Source: a virus. Taken from it: a stretch of DNA of 64,000 bases. Shown here piece after piece: positions 49,487-56,180 of the stretch. The notes under the pieces are model-generated. The model was given only the letters and a program-made list of their open reading frames with translations. It had not been told where the DNA came from and searched no databases. A program made the position numbers and the translations under genes. The stretch lies in IMG/VR virus record IMGVR_UViG_3300006163_000001; one strand, written 5' to 3'. The number at the start of each line of letters is the position of its first letter. Position 1 is the first letter of the stretch.

Positions 49487-49669
49487 ATGGGACGACCCGC
49501 CACCGGGCAGACCAAGGTCATGGGCTTCCGGCCGCCCAAGCCGCTACGCGACAGGTTCGAAGCGCTCGCCGAAGCCGAGGAGCGCACGCCCTCAGACGCG
49601 CTCGTCGAGGCCATGCACGACTGGGTGAAGAAGAAGGAGCGCGAGCACCCCCAGCCGCCCGCCGACTGA
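49487..49669 (+). CDS. ribbon-helix-helix (CopG/Arc-like) protein
   Basis: ATG preceded by GGGGGA. KVMGFRPPKPLRDRFEALAEAEERTPSDALVEAMHDWV. Confidence 0.7.
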   Translation: MGRPATGQTKVMGFRPPKPLRDRFEALAEAEERTPSDALVEAMHDWVKKKEREHPQPPAD

Positions 49670-49697
49670 ACGCTCTGACAGTGGCCGCGACTAGACT

Positions 49698-49895
49698 TTG
49701 GCCATGCCCCCCACGCCCCAACCGTCTGGCCGTGTGCGCCCGTCTGACGTGGTGAACGCGGCGATCCGGGCACTGCTGCTACGCACCGGCGGCTGGCTGT
49801 ACGGGGACACCCGCGCCGAGTACGAGCAGCTGCGGGACGAGTGGACGGTGGCTGTCGCGGCCGAGCGGCGGGTCGACGTCGTCGAAGCGGCGTGA
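49698..49895 (+). CDS. hypothetical protein
   Basis: Listed ORF. Start is ambiguous (TTG 49698 or ATG 49704). Confidence 0.5.
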   Translation: MAMPPTPQPSGRVRPSDVVNAAIRALLLRTGGWLYGDTRAEYEQLRDEWTVAVAAERRVDVVEAA

Positions 49896-50438
49896 TCAGA
49901 TGTCGAGGATGATCCCGAGGCTCATCAGGCGGTAGCTCATCGCGGCGGAGCTCACCTCAAAGCGCGGGGCCAGCAAGTCGACCAGCTGCGCGGCCGTGTC
50001 GAAGTCCGCCTCTCGCGCCATACGCCGGACCGCCCCCTCTGGCATCAACAGGGCGCCAGCGAATCGGTTCGCCTCCGCCTCCTCGCGATCCGTCGGCATG
50101 CACAACAGGTTGCCGTGCCGATGTCGGGCCATTCCGTCGAGGATGAGTTCCCGGCGCCGATGAATCTTGAGGTGCCCCACGAGGTGAGCCAGGGCGAACC
50201 GCTCACCGGCAGTACCCAGGTTTGCGTTCAGGCCGATCACGAGTTGCCCGTCGCGTCGCAGCAGCATGCCCGATACATCGTTGTCGGTTGGATGCCGCGC
50301 GACTGTGGCGCCCAGTTCCCGGGCGACCTTCTCGGGGTCGACCGGTAGATCCGCCAGGGCGAACTCGGCTACGAACTCGCGGGCGGCGACGTCGGCTCTG
50401 GACACAGCCCCTCCCTCCCACGGCAACAACCCCAGCAT
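49896..50438 (-). CDS. ImmA/IrrE-like (DUF955) domain protein with altered metal motif
   Basis: ERFALAHLVGHLKIH sits where HEXXH is expected (Glu replaced by Leu). EEAEANRFAGALLMP lies downstream. Confidence 0.65.
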   Translation of the reverse strand: MLGLLPWEGGAVSRADVAAREFVAEFALADLPVDPEKVARELGATVARHPTDNDVSGMLLRRDGQLVIGLNANLGTAGERFALAHLVGHLKIHRRRELILDGMARHRHGNLLCMPTDREEAEANRFAGALLMPEGAVRRMAREADFDTAAQLVDLLAPRFEVSSAAMSYRLMSLGIILDI

Positions 50439-50449
50439 AAGATCCCCCA

Positions 50450-50671
50450 GTGCCTCACACGTTCGAAGACCTCGTGACCCTGGAGCGGGCCGCGGTCGAC
50501 GCCCTCGCCGCCATCGCCACCGCCGACGACCCCGACACGGCGCGGGCTGCGGCCGTCGACGCCGCAGCTGCGTTCCAGGCCGCCGTCACCCAATACGCGG
50601 CAGACAAAAACGAGTCGCGGGTTGAGGTGGAGATGCGGGCCAAGCGGGCCGTGCGGCACGGGGAGGGTTAG
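50450..50671 (+). CDS. hypothetical Ala-rich protein
   Basis: Listed ORF with GTG start and no SD. Confidence 0.45.
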   Translation: MPHTFEDLVTLERAAVDALAAIATADDPDTARAAAVDAAAAFQAAVTQYAADKNESRVEVEMRAKRAVRHGEG

Positions 50672-50841
50672 CGGCGCCGTCCACCTTCAGCCTCGACCTG
50701 GCGGGCGCGGTCGTACATGTCCCGGGCTGGCTTCGCCTCGACCGGAGCGAGGAGCCCATGCATGGCGAGCGTGTTCGACAGATAGAGGAGCGCATCCTCC
50801 AGCTCCTTCACCCGCGCCCGCAGCGCGTCGACCTCGTCCAC
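50668..50841 (-). CDS. small hypothetical protein (57 aa; not in ORF track)
   Basis: GTG preceded by GGAGGGG. VDEVDALRARVKELEDALLYLSNTLAMHG..., GC3-rich. Confidence 0.45.
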   Translation of the reverse strand: MDEVDALRARVKELEDALLYLSNTLAMHGLLAPVEAKPARDMYDRARQVEAEGGRRR

Positions 50842-50859
50842 GGCCCCTCCAAGTTCGAG

Positions 50860-50887
50860 GCCCCGCCCGGCATCACTCGGGCGGGGC
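50860..50887 (-). terminator. stem-loop
   Basis: GCCCCGCCCG-gcatcact-CGGGCGGGGC, 10-bp stem. Confidence 0.55.
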
Positions 50888-51233
50888 AGCGCGTGCAGCC
50901 ATGCAGCGCGGATGTGATGGGGCCAGCCTACTGGCGGGGACCGACAGCTCCGGCTACAGCGTCACGAGTCGGATCCCGGCGAGGCCCGGCCCCACGCGAC
51001 GGAGGCCGTACTGCGGGCCAGTCCTCAATACCTCAGCCAGCTCACGCATGGCCTGGGCGGCGTCACGAATCTTCTCTGCGGTGGTCTTTTCCATGCCGCC
51101 AGCATGGCAGACGTCACCCGTCCTGCGGCCACTCGTCGAGGGTTTCGTCGGTCTCCTCGTCGACGAGCGTCACCCGGGCATCCGCCATGCTGCACGGGGC
51201 GGCCGGCGGAGAAGAGGGTGACGTGGAAGTGGG

Positions 51234-51455
51234 TCACGTCAGCCGGATCCCTCGCGGCCGGCCGGGTTCGCGGACGATCGCGCCCTTGGTCTCCAGTTCC
51301 CGCAGCTGGTAGTGGACGCTGCCGACCGCCAGGCCCACGGCGGCGCAGATCTCCTTCACCGTCGGCGCCTCACCGTCATCGACGATCGCCCGGCGGATGA
51401 CGTGCAGGATGCGCTCCTGGGTTTCGGTCAGGTAGTCGACCTTGTAGCGGACCAT
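51234..51455 (-). CDS. LexA-N-terminal-type winged-HTH protein (no peptidase domain)
   Basis: LTETQERILHVIRRAIVDDGEAPTVKEICAAVGLAVGSVHYQLRELETKGAI. 73 aa from the internal ATG. Confidence 0.65.
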   Translation of the reverse strand: MVRYKVDYLTETQERILHVIRRAIVDDGEAPTVKEICAAVGLAVGSVHYQLRELETKGAIVREPGRPRGIRLT

Positions 51456-51461
51456 GCAGGC

Positions 51462-51491
51462 ATTAGAGCGCGTGTTCGAATTATGGGGCAA
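51462..51491 (-). promoter_or_regulatory. candidate leaderless promoter
   Basis: On the minus strand: TTGCCC, 18-nt spacer, TCTAAT, then 6 nt to ATG 51455 with no SD. Confidence 0.45.
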
Positions 51492-51508
51492 GTCGGCAGG
51501 CAGCAGAA

Positions 51509-51540
51509 CGCCCGGTCCGACGGGGGTGACAGACCGGGCG
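51509..51540 (-). terminator. stem-loop downstream of recombinase gene
   Basis: CGCCCGGTC ... GACCGGGCG, 9-bp stem. Confidence 0.5.
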
Positions 51541-51567
51541 CACGGTCAGCATGGCAGAAGGAGACGA

Positions 51568-52584
51568 CTACAGGCCGATGTCCTCGGATGCGGCGTCGGT
51601 CCATTTGTCGGCTTCGCGGATGTAGCCCCAGAAGGCGGGGCTGTTGGCGGCATGCCCGGACTGAGCGCGGATCTTCTCCTCGCGCTTCCCGGCTCGGCGG
51701 CTGGTGGTGATGAACCCGGCTCGCATGCTGTGCCCGGTCAGCCGTACCGACAGGCCGGCGCGTTCGGCGTTGCGGGCGATGATCTCGCGGACGGCTTCCG
51801 GGGAGAGCGCGCGGTCGCCGATCCGACCGTGGACAGTGATGGGCAGGAAGGCGGGCCCGCCGGTGATTCCGGCGGCCGCGCGCCAGGTCGACCAGGCGCG
51901 GACGGGGCAAGTGTCGGGGTCCTTGCCGTAGGCGACGACGACGTCCCGGGGCGGCCGCCCTTTCACCGCGGGGACGTGGACGTCGAGTCCTTGGCTGACG
52001 AGGCTGATGCCGTCGGCGGTTAGGGCGGCGACTTCGGCGGAGCGTCCGGCGATGCCGAAGGCCATGAGCCAGAGCGCCCGGTCGCGGAGTCCGGTGAGTC
52101 CGGCGGCCGCGGCCGCGCTCATCTTGCGGAGTTGGTCTGGGGTGGCGGCGGCCGCCGGTCCGCGGCCGCGGGCTTGGCGTTCGGGGTTGGCCTTCATCGG
52201 CTTGAGGGCCTGCCGCGCTGCAACGGTCACGGCCTTGGGGACTTCGATGCCGCGGCCGCGAAGGGTGACGGTGACGCCGGTGATGCGCCGGTCGATCGAG
52301 TTGGGCGCGGCCGCCTTGATGGTGTCGAGCCAGACGACGAACCCAACGAGGGTGCCCTTGGTGACGGCGGTCAACGGCAACGGCTGCCCGGTACGTTCGG
52401 CGAGCCAGTCGTGGAACTCCTCCCAGAGCGCCCAGTCGTTGGCGTAGCTGCGTTTGGTGTTGTGGGGGCGGATGGCGTCGAGGTGCTTCTCGGCTGCCTC
52501 TTCCATGGCGGCCAGGACAGCGAGTGTCGCAGCGTCGTAGGCGGCGGGGGTGGCGTCCGGCTGGCGGGGGACGAGGTCGGTCAT
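51568..52584 (-). CDS. second tyrosine recombinase/integrase
   Basis: Internal ATG with ATGA overlap. NTKRSYANDWALWEEF (SAM-like N domain), AGRSAEV, HSMRAGF and GHAANSPAFWGYI (RHRY context). Confidence 0.85.
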   Translation of the reverse strand: MTDLVPRQPDATPAAYDAATLAVLAAMEEAAEKHLDAIRPHNTKRSYANDWALWEEFHDWLAERTGQPLPLTAVTKGTLVGFVVWLDTIKAAAPNSIDRRITGVTVTLRGRGIEVPKAVTVAARQALKPMKANPERQARGRGPAAAATPDQLRKMSAAAAAGLTGLRDRALWLMAFGIAGRSAEVAALTADGISLVSQGLDVHVPAVKGRPPRDVVVAYGKDPDTCPVRAWSTWRAAAGITGGPAFLPITVHGRIGDRALSPEAVREIIARNAERAGLSVRLTGHSMRAGFITTSRRAGKREEKIRAQSGHAANSPAFWGYIREADKWTDAASEDIGL

Positions 52585-52964
52585 GCCGACGCCTCGTTTT
52601 CGGAAGCCTCGTCGGCCATGCGGCGCAGCAGGTCGGCGGCGTCCATGACTCCGCCGTTCCATGCGTCGCGGTAGGTGTCGTAGCCGTAGTCGTTGCAGTC
52701 GGTGTCGTAGTCCATGCGACCGAGCTGGTCGGCAGCCTCGCGCAGCACGGCAGCCCGCCCGTCACTCGCGGGTAGCAGGCCCAGCCGCCGAGCCACGGGG
52801 TCCTGGTCGAGAGGCGGAAGCGCCGGGTCTCGACCGGCCAGCGCCCTCACGATCTCGAACTGCCCCTCGATCGCCTCCCGCTGCTCCGGCGGCAAACTCG
52901 ACAGGTCCGGCTCGGGGCCGAGGCCGCGCAGGAACCGCAGGTACTCCTCGATCAGGTCAAGCAT
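52581..52964 (-). CDS. hypothetical protein
   Basis: 127-aa ORF. Shares LPPLDQDPVARRLGL with gene 22865-24127. Confidence 0.65.
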   Translation of the reverse strand: MLDLIEEYLRFLRGLGPEPDLSSLPPEQREAIEGQFEIVRALAGRDPALPPLDQDPVARRLGLLPASDGRAAVLREAADQLGRMDYDTDCNDYGYDTYRDAWNGGVMDAADLLRRMADEASENEASA

Positions 52965-53022
52965 CGGATGCTCCTTCGGGAGGCCGACTGCCCCGCGAAC
53001 AGGACAGCCGGGGGTGGGGTGG

Positions 53023-53760
53023 TCAGCGGGCTGGTGGTGCGATGTGGTCGTCCATCAACTGGACGGTGACGGTGCCGTCTGCCTCGGCCAGGTACTCGTC
53101 GAGGAGGCCGCGGTGATGACGGCGGCAGCCGAACCGAAGCCGCCAACGGCCCTCGACCTGAAAGCGGTAGCGGTAGTCCCCGTCATGGCCGCCCCCGCCA
53201 AGCACGCCCGCGCTGCCGCCGCCGCAGGGCCGGTAGGTGCCTACCGGGTAGCGGGCGAGAGTGCGGCGCTGCACGAAGTTGTGGCCGTCCTCGTACAGGG
53301 CGCAGTCCCCGTCGTGGGCCAGGCAGACGATCGCGTACTCGGGTAGCCACTCATCGACGGTCAGCCGGTCACCGAGCGGCATACGGCCGGGCTGGACGAA
53401 CTCGTTGAGGACACGCACGGCCCGCTCCCACGAACCCGACATCTCGCGCACCCCGGCCGGTTCGCCGACGATCCCCTGCTGGACGGTCCATTCCGAGCTG
53501 AGGCGACCGGGCGCTGCAACCCACAGGGCGTGCCGGGTGTCGCCGTGCTGGTAGGAGATCCGCAGGGCGTGACCGCGCATGGCGTGGAGTTGGGCGCCGG
53601 TGAGCGTGGGCCCGAGGTGGCGGCTGGTGATCGGCCAGCCGGTAGGCGGCTGGGGTGCAGGGCGCGGGGTGTTGCATGCGGCGAGTGCGGCGCGGGCGCC
53701 CTCAATGAACGCGGCGGCCTCGGGATCCACGGTCACGAGACTCTGCGGGCTGAGGGTCAC
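53023..53760 (-). CDS. hypothetical protein
   Basis: 245-aa ORF. Confidence 0.7.
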   Translation of the reverse strand: MTLSPQSLVTVDPEAAAFIEGARAALAACNTPRPAPQPPTGWPITSRHLGPTLTGAQLHAMRGHALRISYQHGDTRHALWVAAPGRLSSEWTVQQGIVGEPAGVREMSGSWERAVRVLNEFVQPGRMPLGDRLTVDEWLPEYAIVCLAHDGDCALYEDGHNFVQRRTLARYPVGTYRPCGGGSAGVLGGGGHDGDYRYRFQVEGRWRLRFGCRRHHRGLLDEYLAEADGTVTVQLMDDHIAPPAR

Positions 53761-53963
53761 GTGGAGTCTCCTTCGCGGACGACCTCTGGCTTGTACAGGA
53801 ACTGGTAGAGGGCTTGTTGGAGGTTGAGGAAGTCCAGCCCGTTGGTGATCTCCGGGTAGCCGTGGGCTTGCAGGACGTCGGCAACGTCCTTGGCGAGGCC
53901 GAACGTGAACCGCAGGTCGTCGTCGGGAGCGGGGCTGATGGGGTACTGGCGCAGGGCGGTCAT
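53757..53963 (-). CDS. hypothetical protein
   Basis: 68-aa ORF with ATGA overlap. Confidence 0.6.
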   Translation of the reverse strand: MTALRQYPISPAPDDDLRFTFGLAKDVADVLQAHGYPEITNGLDFLNLQQALYQFLYKPEVVREGDST

Positions 53964-53997
53964 TGAGGTCTCCGTTCAGGGCCAGTTGCCGAATCGT

Positions 53998-54062
53998 GGT
54001 GGCTTGCCACCATGATTGCGCACACCTTTGACCGGTGGCAAGCCACCTGCCATGATTCGCAC
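53998..54062 (+). promoter_or_regulatory. two palindromic operator-like sites plus a leaderless promoter
   Basis: GGTGGCTTGCCACC (53998) and GGTGGCAAGCCACC (54034), each followed by CATGATT. TTGACC (54028), 17-nt spacer, CATGAT (54051), then 6 nt to ATG 54063. Confidence 0.55.
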
Positions 54063-54296
54063 ATGACCAGCGAAGAGGAACGCCGCCGACAGCACCGCCA
54101 CCGGCACAAGCAGCGCGTGCTGCGCGGAATCGACGACGACCTGGTCAACGACTTCGACGCCGCCGCCCACGCAGCAGGCAGCGACCGCAGCCGCATCACG
54201 CGACAGTTGTGGGAATGGTTTGCCAGACGGCCCGGAGCGGAGCTACCTGAGCGGCCGGAGCAACCTCAGGCCGAGTCGGACAATCCCCCCAAATAA
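54063..54296 (+). CDS. ribbon-helix-helix-like small regulator (77 aa)
   Basis: Internal ATG. RVLRGIDDDLVNDFDAAAHAAGSDRSRITRQLWEWF. Confidence 0.6.
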   Translation: MTSEEERRRQHRHRHKQRVLRGIDDDLVNDFDAAAHAAGSDRSRITRQLWEWFARRPGAELPERPEQPQAESDNPPK

Positions 54297-54394
54297 TGCC
54301 CGCGATATGGCATGTTATCGAGAGCCGTTCCGCACGATCGGGGTCAGCCGGCGCAGGGCTGGGCTACCGTGAACCCAGCGCGCTTCCCAGCGGC

Positions 54395-54434
54395 ACGACG
54401 CCCCGCCCCTACCTCGACAGGAGCGGGGCGTCGT
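54395..54434 (+). terminator. stem-loop
   Basis: ACGACGCCCCGC ... GCGGGGCGTCGT, 12-bp stem with a 16-nt loop. Confidence 0.55.
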
Positions 54435-54486
54435 CGCGTCTGCGGGCAGGGCGCACCCAAGGGAACGTTATGCGCTAGCCACACCC

Positions 54487-55116
54487 TTGCATGTCCATCA
54501 CTGGACATGTACCGTACTGGACATGACGCGACAGACCAGTGCACCCCTCGAACACCTGAGCCTGAACGCGGCCGACCGCCAAGCCCGCGAGATCGCCCGC
54601 TCGTTCACCGAGTTCGGCCTCGACCTCAACCCGCCCTACCAGCGCGGCCGAGTCTGGACCGAGGACCAGCAGATCGCCCTCATCCGGTCGTGGCTCACCG
54701 GCACCCCCACCGGAGTAGTCATCTTCAACGACCGCTGCACGCCCGAGTGGAAGGACGCCAACGGCTACGACCCTGCCGAGCGCGACGAGGCTATCTACGC
54801 GTGCATCGACGGCCAGCAGCGCATCAGCGCCGCCCGCGCCTGGTTCGGTGATGAGCTCGCGGTGCCCGTCTCGTGGTTCGCCCCCGAGGACGTCGCGCAG
54901 ACCGAAGACACCGACGACGGCCCCTACGTCCGGTGGAGCGGACTCACCCTCCCCCGGCAGCGGCACTTCGCCAACCGGGCGCACCTCACCGTCGCGACCG
55001 CCCGCGTCGCCACGGTGCAGGACGAGGCCGCGATCTACCTCCTCGTCAACGGCGGCGGTACCCCGCAGACCGATGCCGACATGCAGAACGCGGCCGACGT
55101 GGCGGCGCAGCGATGA
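54487..55116 (+). CDS. DUF262 (ParB-like nuclease superfamily) protein
   Basis: NPPYQRGRVW and CIDGQQRISAA hallmarks. Start is ambiguous (TTG 54487 or ATG 54523). Confidence 0.75.
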   Translation: MHVHHWTCTVLDMTRQTSAPLEHLSLNAADRQAREIARSFTEFGLDLNPPYQRGRVWTEDQQIALIRSWLTGTPTGVVIFNDRCTPEWKDANGYDPAERDEAIYACIDGQQRISAARAWFGDELAVPVSWFAPEDVAQTEDTDDGPYVRWSGLTLPRQRHFANRAHLTVATARVATVQDEAAIYLLVNGGGTPQTDADMQNAADVAAQR

Positions 55117-55331
55117 GCGAACAGCGCGACAAGCTGACCCACCGCGCCGAGGAACTGCGAGACCAGTACGCCTCGATCCCGTTGCAGTTGAAGGATGTGG
55201 CGGCCGAGTTGTGGCGAGACGGCCTGGAGAACGTCCGTGAACTCAGGCGGCTCACCGGGTTGTCCCGCACCACCCTGTACGCCGCCCTCCGTGAACGCGG
55301 CATCGAGCCCACCGACCGCACCGACAAGTAG
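55113..55331 (+). CDS. small HTH protein (72 aa)
   Basis: ATGA overlap with DUF262. LRRLTGLSRTTLYAALRERG. Confidence 0.65.
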   Translation: MSEQRDKLTHRAEELRDQYASIPLQLKDVAAELWRDGLENVRELRRLTGLSRTTLYAALRERGIEPTDRTDK

Positions 55332-55342
55332 GAGGCTGGGAG

Positions 55343-55429
55343 GAGTGCCCGCGTGGCTGCGGCTACGTCGGCGCCCCCGCCAGCGTCACCAACCACATCC
55401 GCAAGCACCATCCGACCAAGGAGAGTTGA
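55343..55429 (+). pseudogene. coding-like C2H2-type zinc-finger frame without a canonical start codon
   Basis: The frame ECPRGCGYVGAPASVTNHIRKHHPTKES* is almost all G/C at third positions. No ATG/GTG/TTG lies in frame after the stop at 55292. Confidence 0.3.
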
Positions 55430-55431
55430 GC

Positions 55432-55674
55432 ATGACCGATGTTCTGGCCCGGCGGATGGCGGACAATCAGGTCCGCCTGTTCGCCGAGTCTCTGGCCCGG
55501 GACGCTGACCGGCTCGCCCAGTCAGCCCGGCAGTACGCCGACGACACGGCGGACGGCAAGCCGGAGTCTGGCGGCGCCTATCGGCTCGCCCAGGCTGCCG
55601 CCGACCTACTTCGGCAGGCATCCCGCCTCGACGGCATGCGCGACATCGCCGCACTCATCGACAAGGAGGCCTGA
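55432..55674 (+). CDS. hypothetical helical protein (80 aa)
   Basis: ATG preceded by AAGGAGA. Confidence 0.65.
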   Translation: MTDVLARRMADNQVRLFAESLARDADRLAQSARQYADDTADGKPESGGAYRLAQAAADLLRQASRLDGMRDIAALIDKEA

Positions 55675-55676
55675 CC

Positions 55677-55883
55677 GTGCAGACGAAGCCCCGTAAGCCG
55701 TGGCGGGTGATCCTCACCCAGAACGGCGTCCAGCTCGTCGAGATCGACCACAGCAGCGAGGCCAAGGCCTTCGAGCACGTGCGGACGGCGCTCAAGGCTG
55801 GCGCCGACACCGCGAAGGTCATGCAGTGGGAAGACGGACGCTGGTGGCACTTCGAGACCATGCACGCCGAGGAGGTGCAATGA
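55677..55883 (+). CDS. hypothetical protein
   Basis: GTG preceded by AAGGAGG. Confidence 0.65.
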   Translation: MQTKPRKPWRVILTQNGVQLVEIDHSSEAKAFEHVRTALKAGADTAKVMQWEDGRWWHFETMHAEEVQ

Positions 55884-56062
55884 CCCGCGAGGAGTACGAG
55901 GCCCAACTCCGCCGCCTCGACAACGACATCGAAGCCGCCTACGCCACATTCAACCGCGCCCGCGACCACTGGGACGCACTCAGCAAGGAACGCCGCGAAC
56001 TCCACTGGCAGTGGCGACGCCAGCAGCAAGCCGACGCCCTGGATGCCGCCGCCGAGACGTGA
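55880..56062 (+). CDS. hypothetical coiled-coil protein (60 aa)
   Basis: ATGA overlap and GGAGG upstream. Confidence 0.6.
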   Translation: MTREEYEAQLRRLDNDIEAAYATFNRARDHWDALSKERRELHWQWRRQQQADALDAAAET

Positions 56063-56064
56063 GC

Positions 56065-56095
56065 GGTCCCCGCCTGCCGTTAACAGGCGGGGACC
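56065..56095. terminator. bidirectional stem-loop between convergent genes
   Basis: GGTCCCCGCCTG-ccgttaa-CAGGCGGGGACC, 12-bp stem. Confidence 0.7.
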
Positions 56096-56180
56096 ACCCC
56101 GAAGCGTAGCCGCACAACGAAGCCGCCCCCGCTCCCCCGCCGCCATCGGCAGCGAGAGGAACGAGGGCGGCTCTGTTCGG

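Noticed and set aside
50954-51094. 46-codon minus-strand ORF (MEKTTAEKIRDAAQAMRELAEVLRTGPQYG...).
   Set aside because: The RBS is weak (GGCGG only) and third-position bias is lower than in neighbours. It could be real, but the evidence is too thin to list as a feature.
51462-51485. Actinobacterial LexA SOS box (TCGAAC-N4-GTTCGA) in front of the LexA-N-like gene.
   Set aside because: Only one half-site (GTTCGA) is present and the partner half does not match.
55295-55345. Programmed -1 frameshift joining gene 55113-55331 to the zinc-finger frame.
   Set aside because: There is no slippery heptamer or downstream structure. The frame between 55295 and 55334 has poor coding bias.
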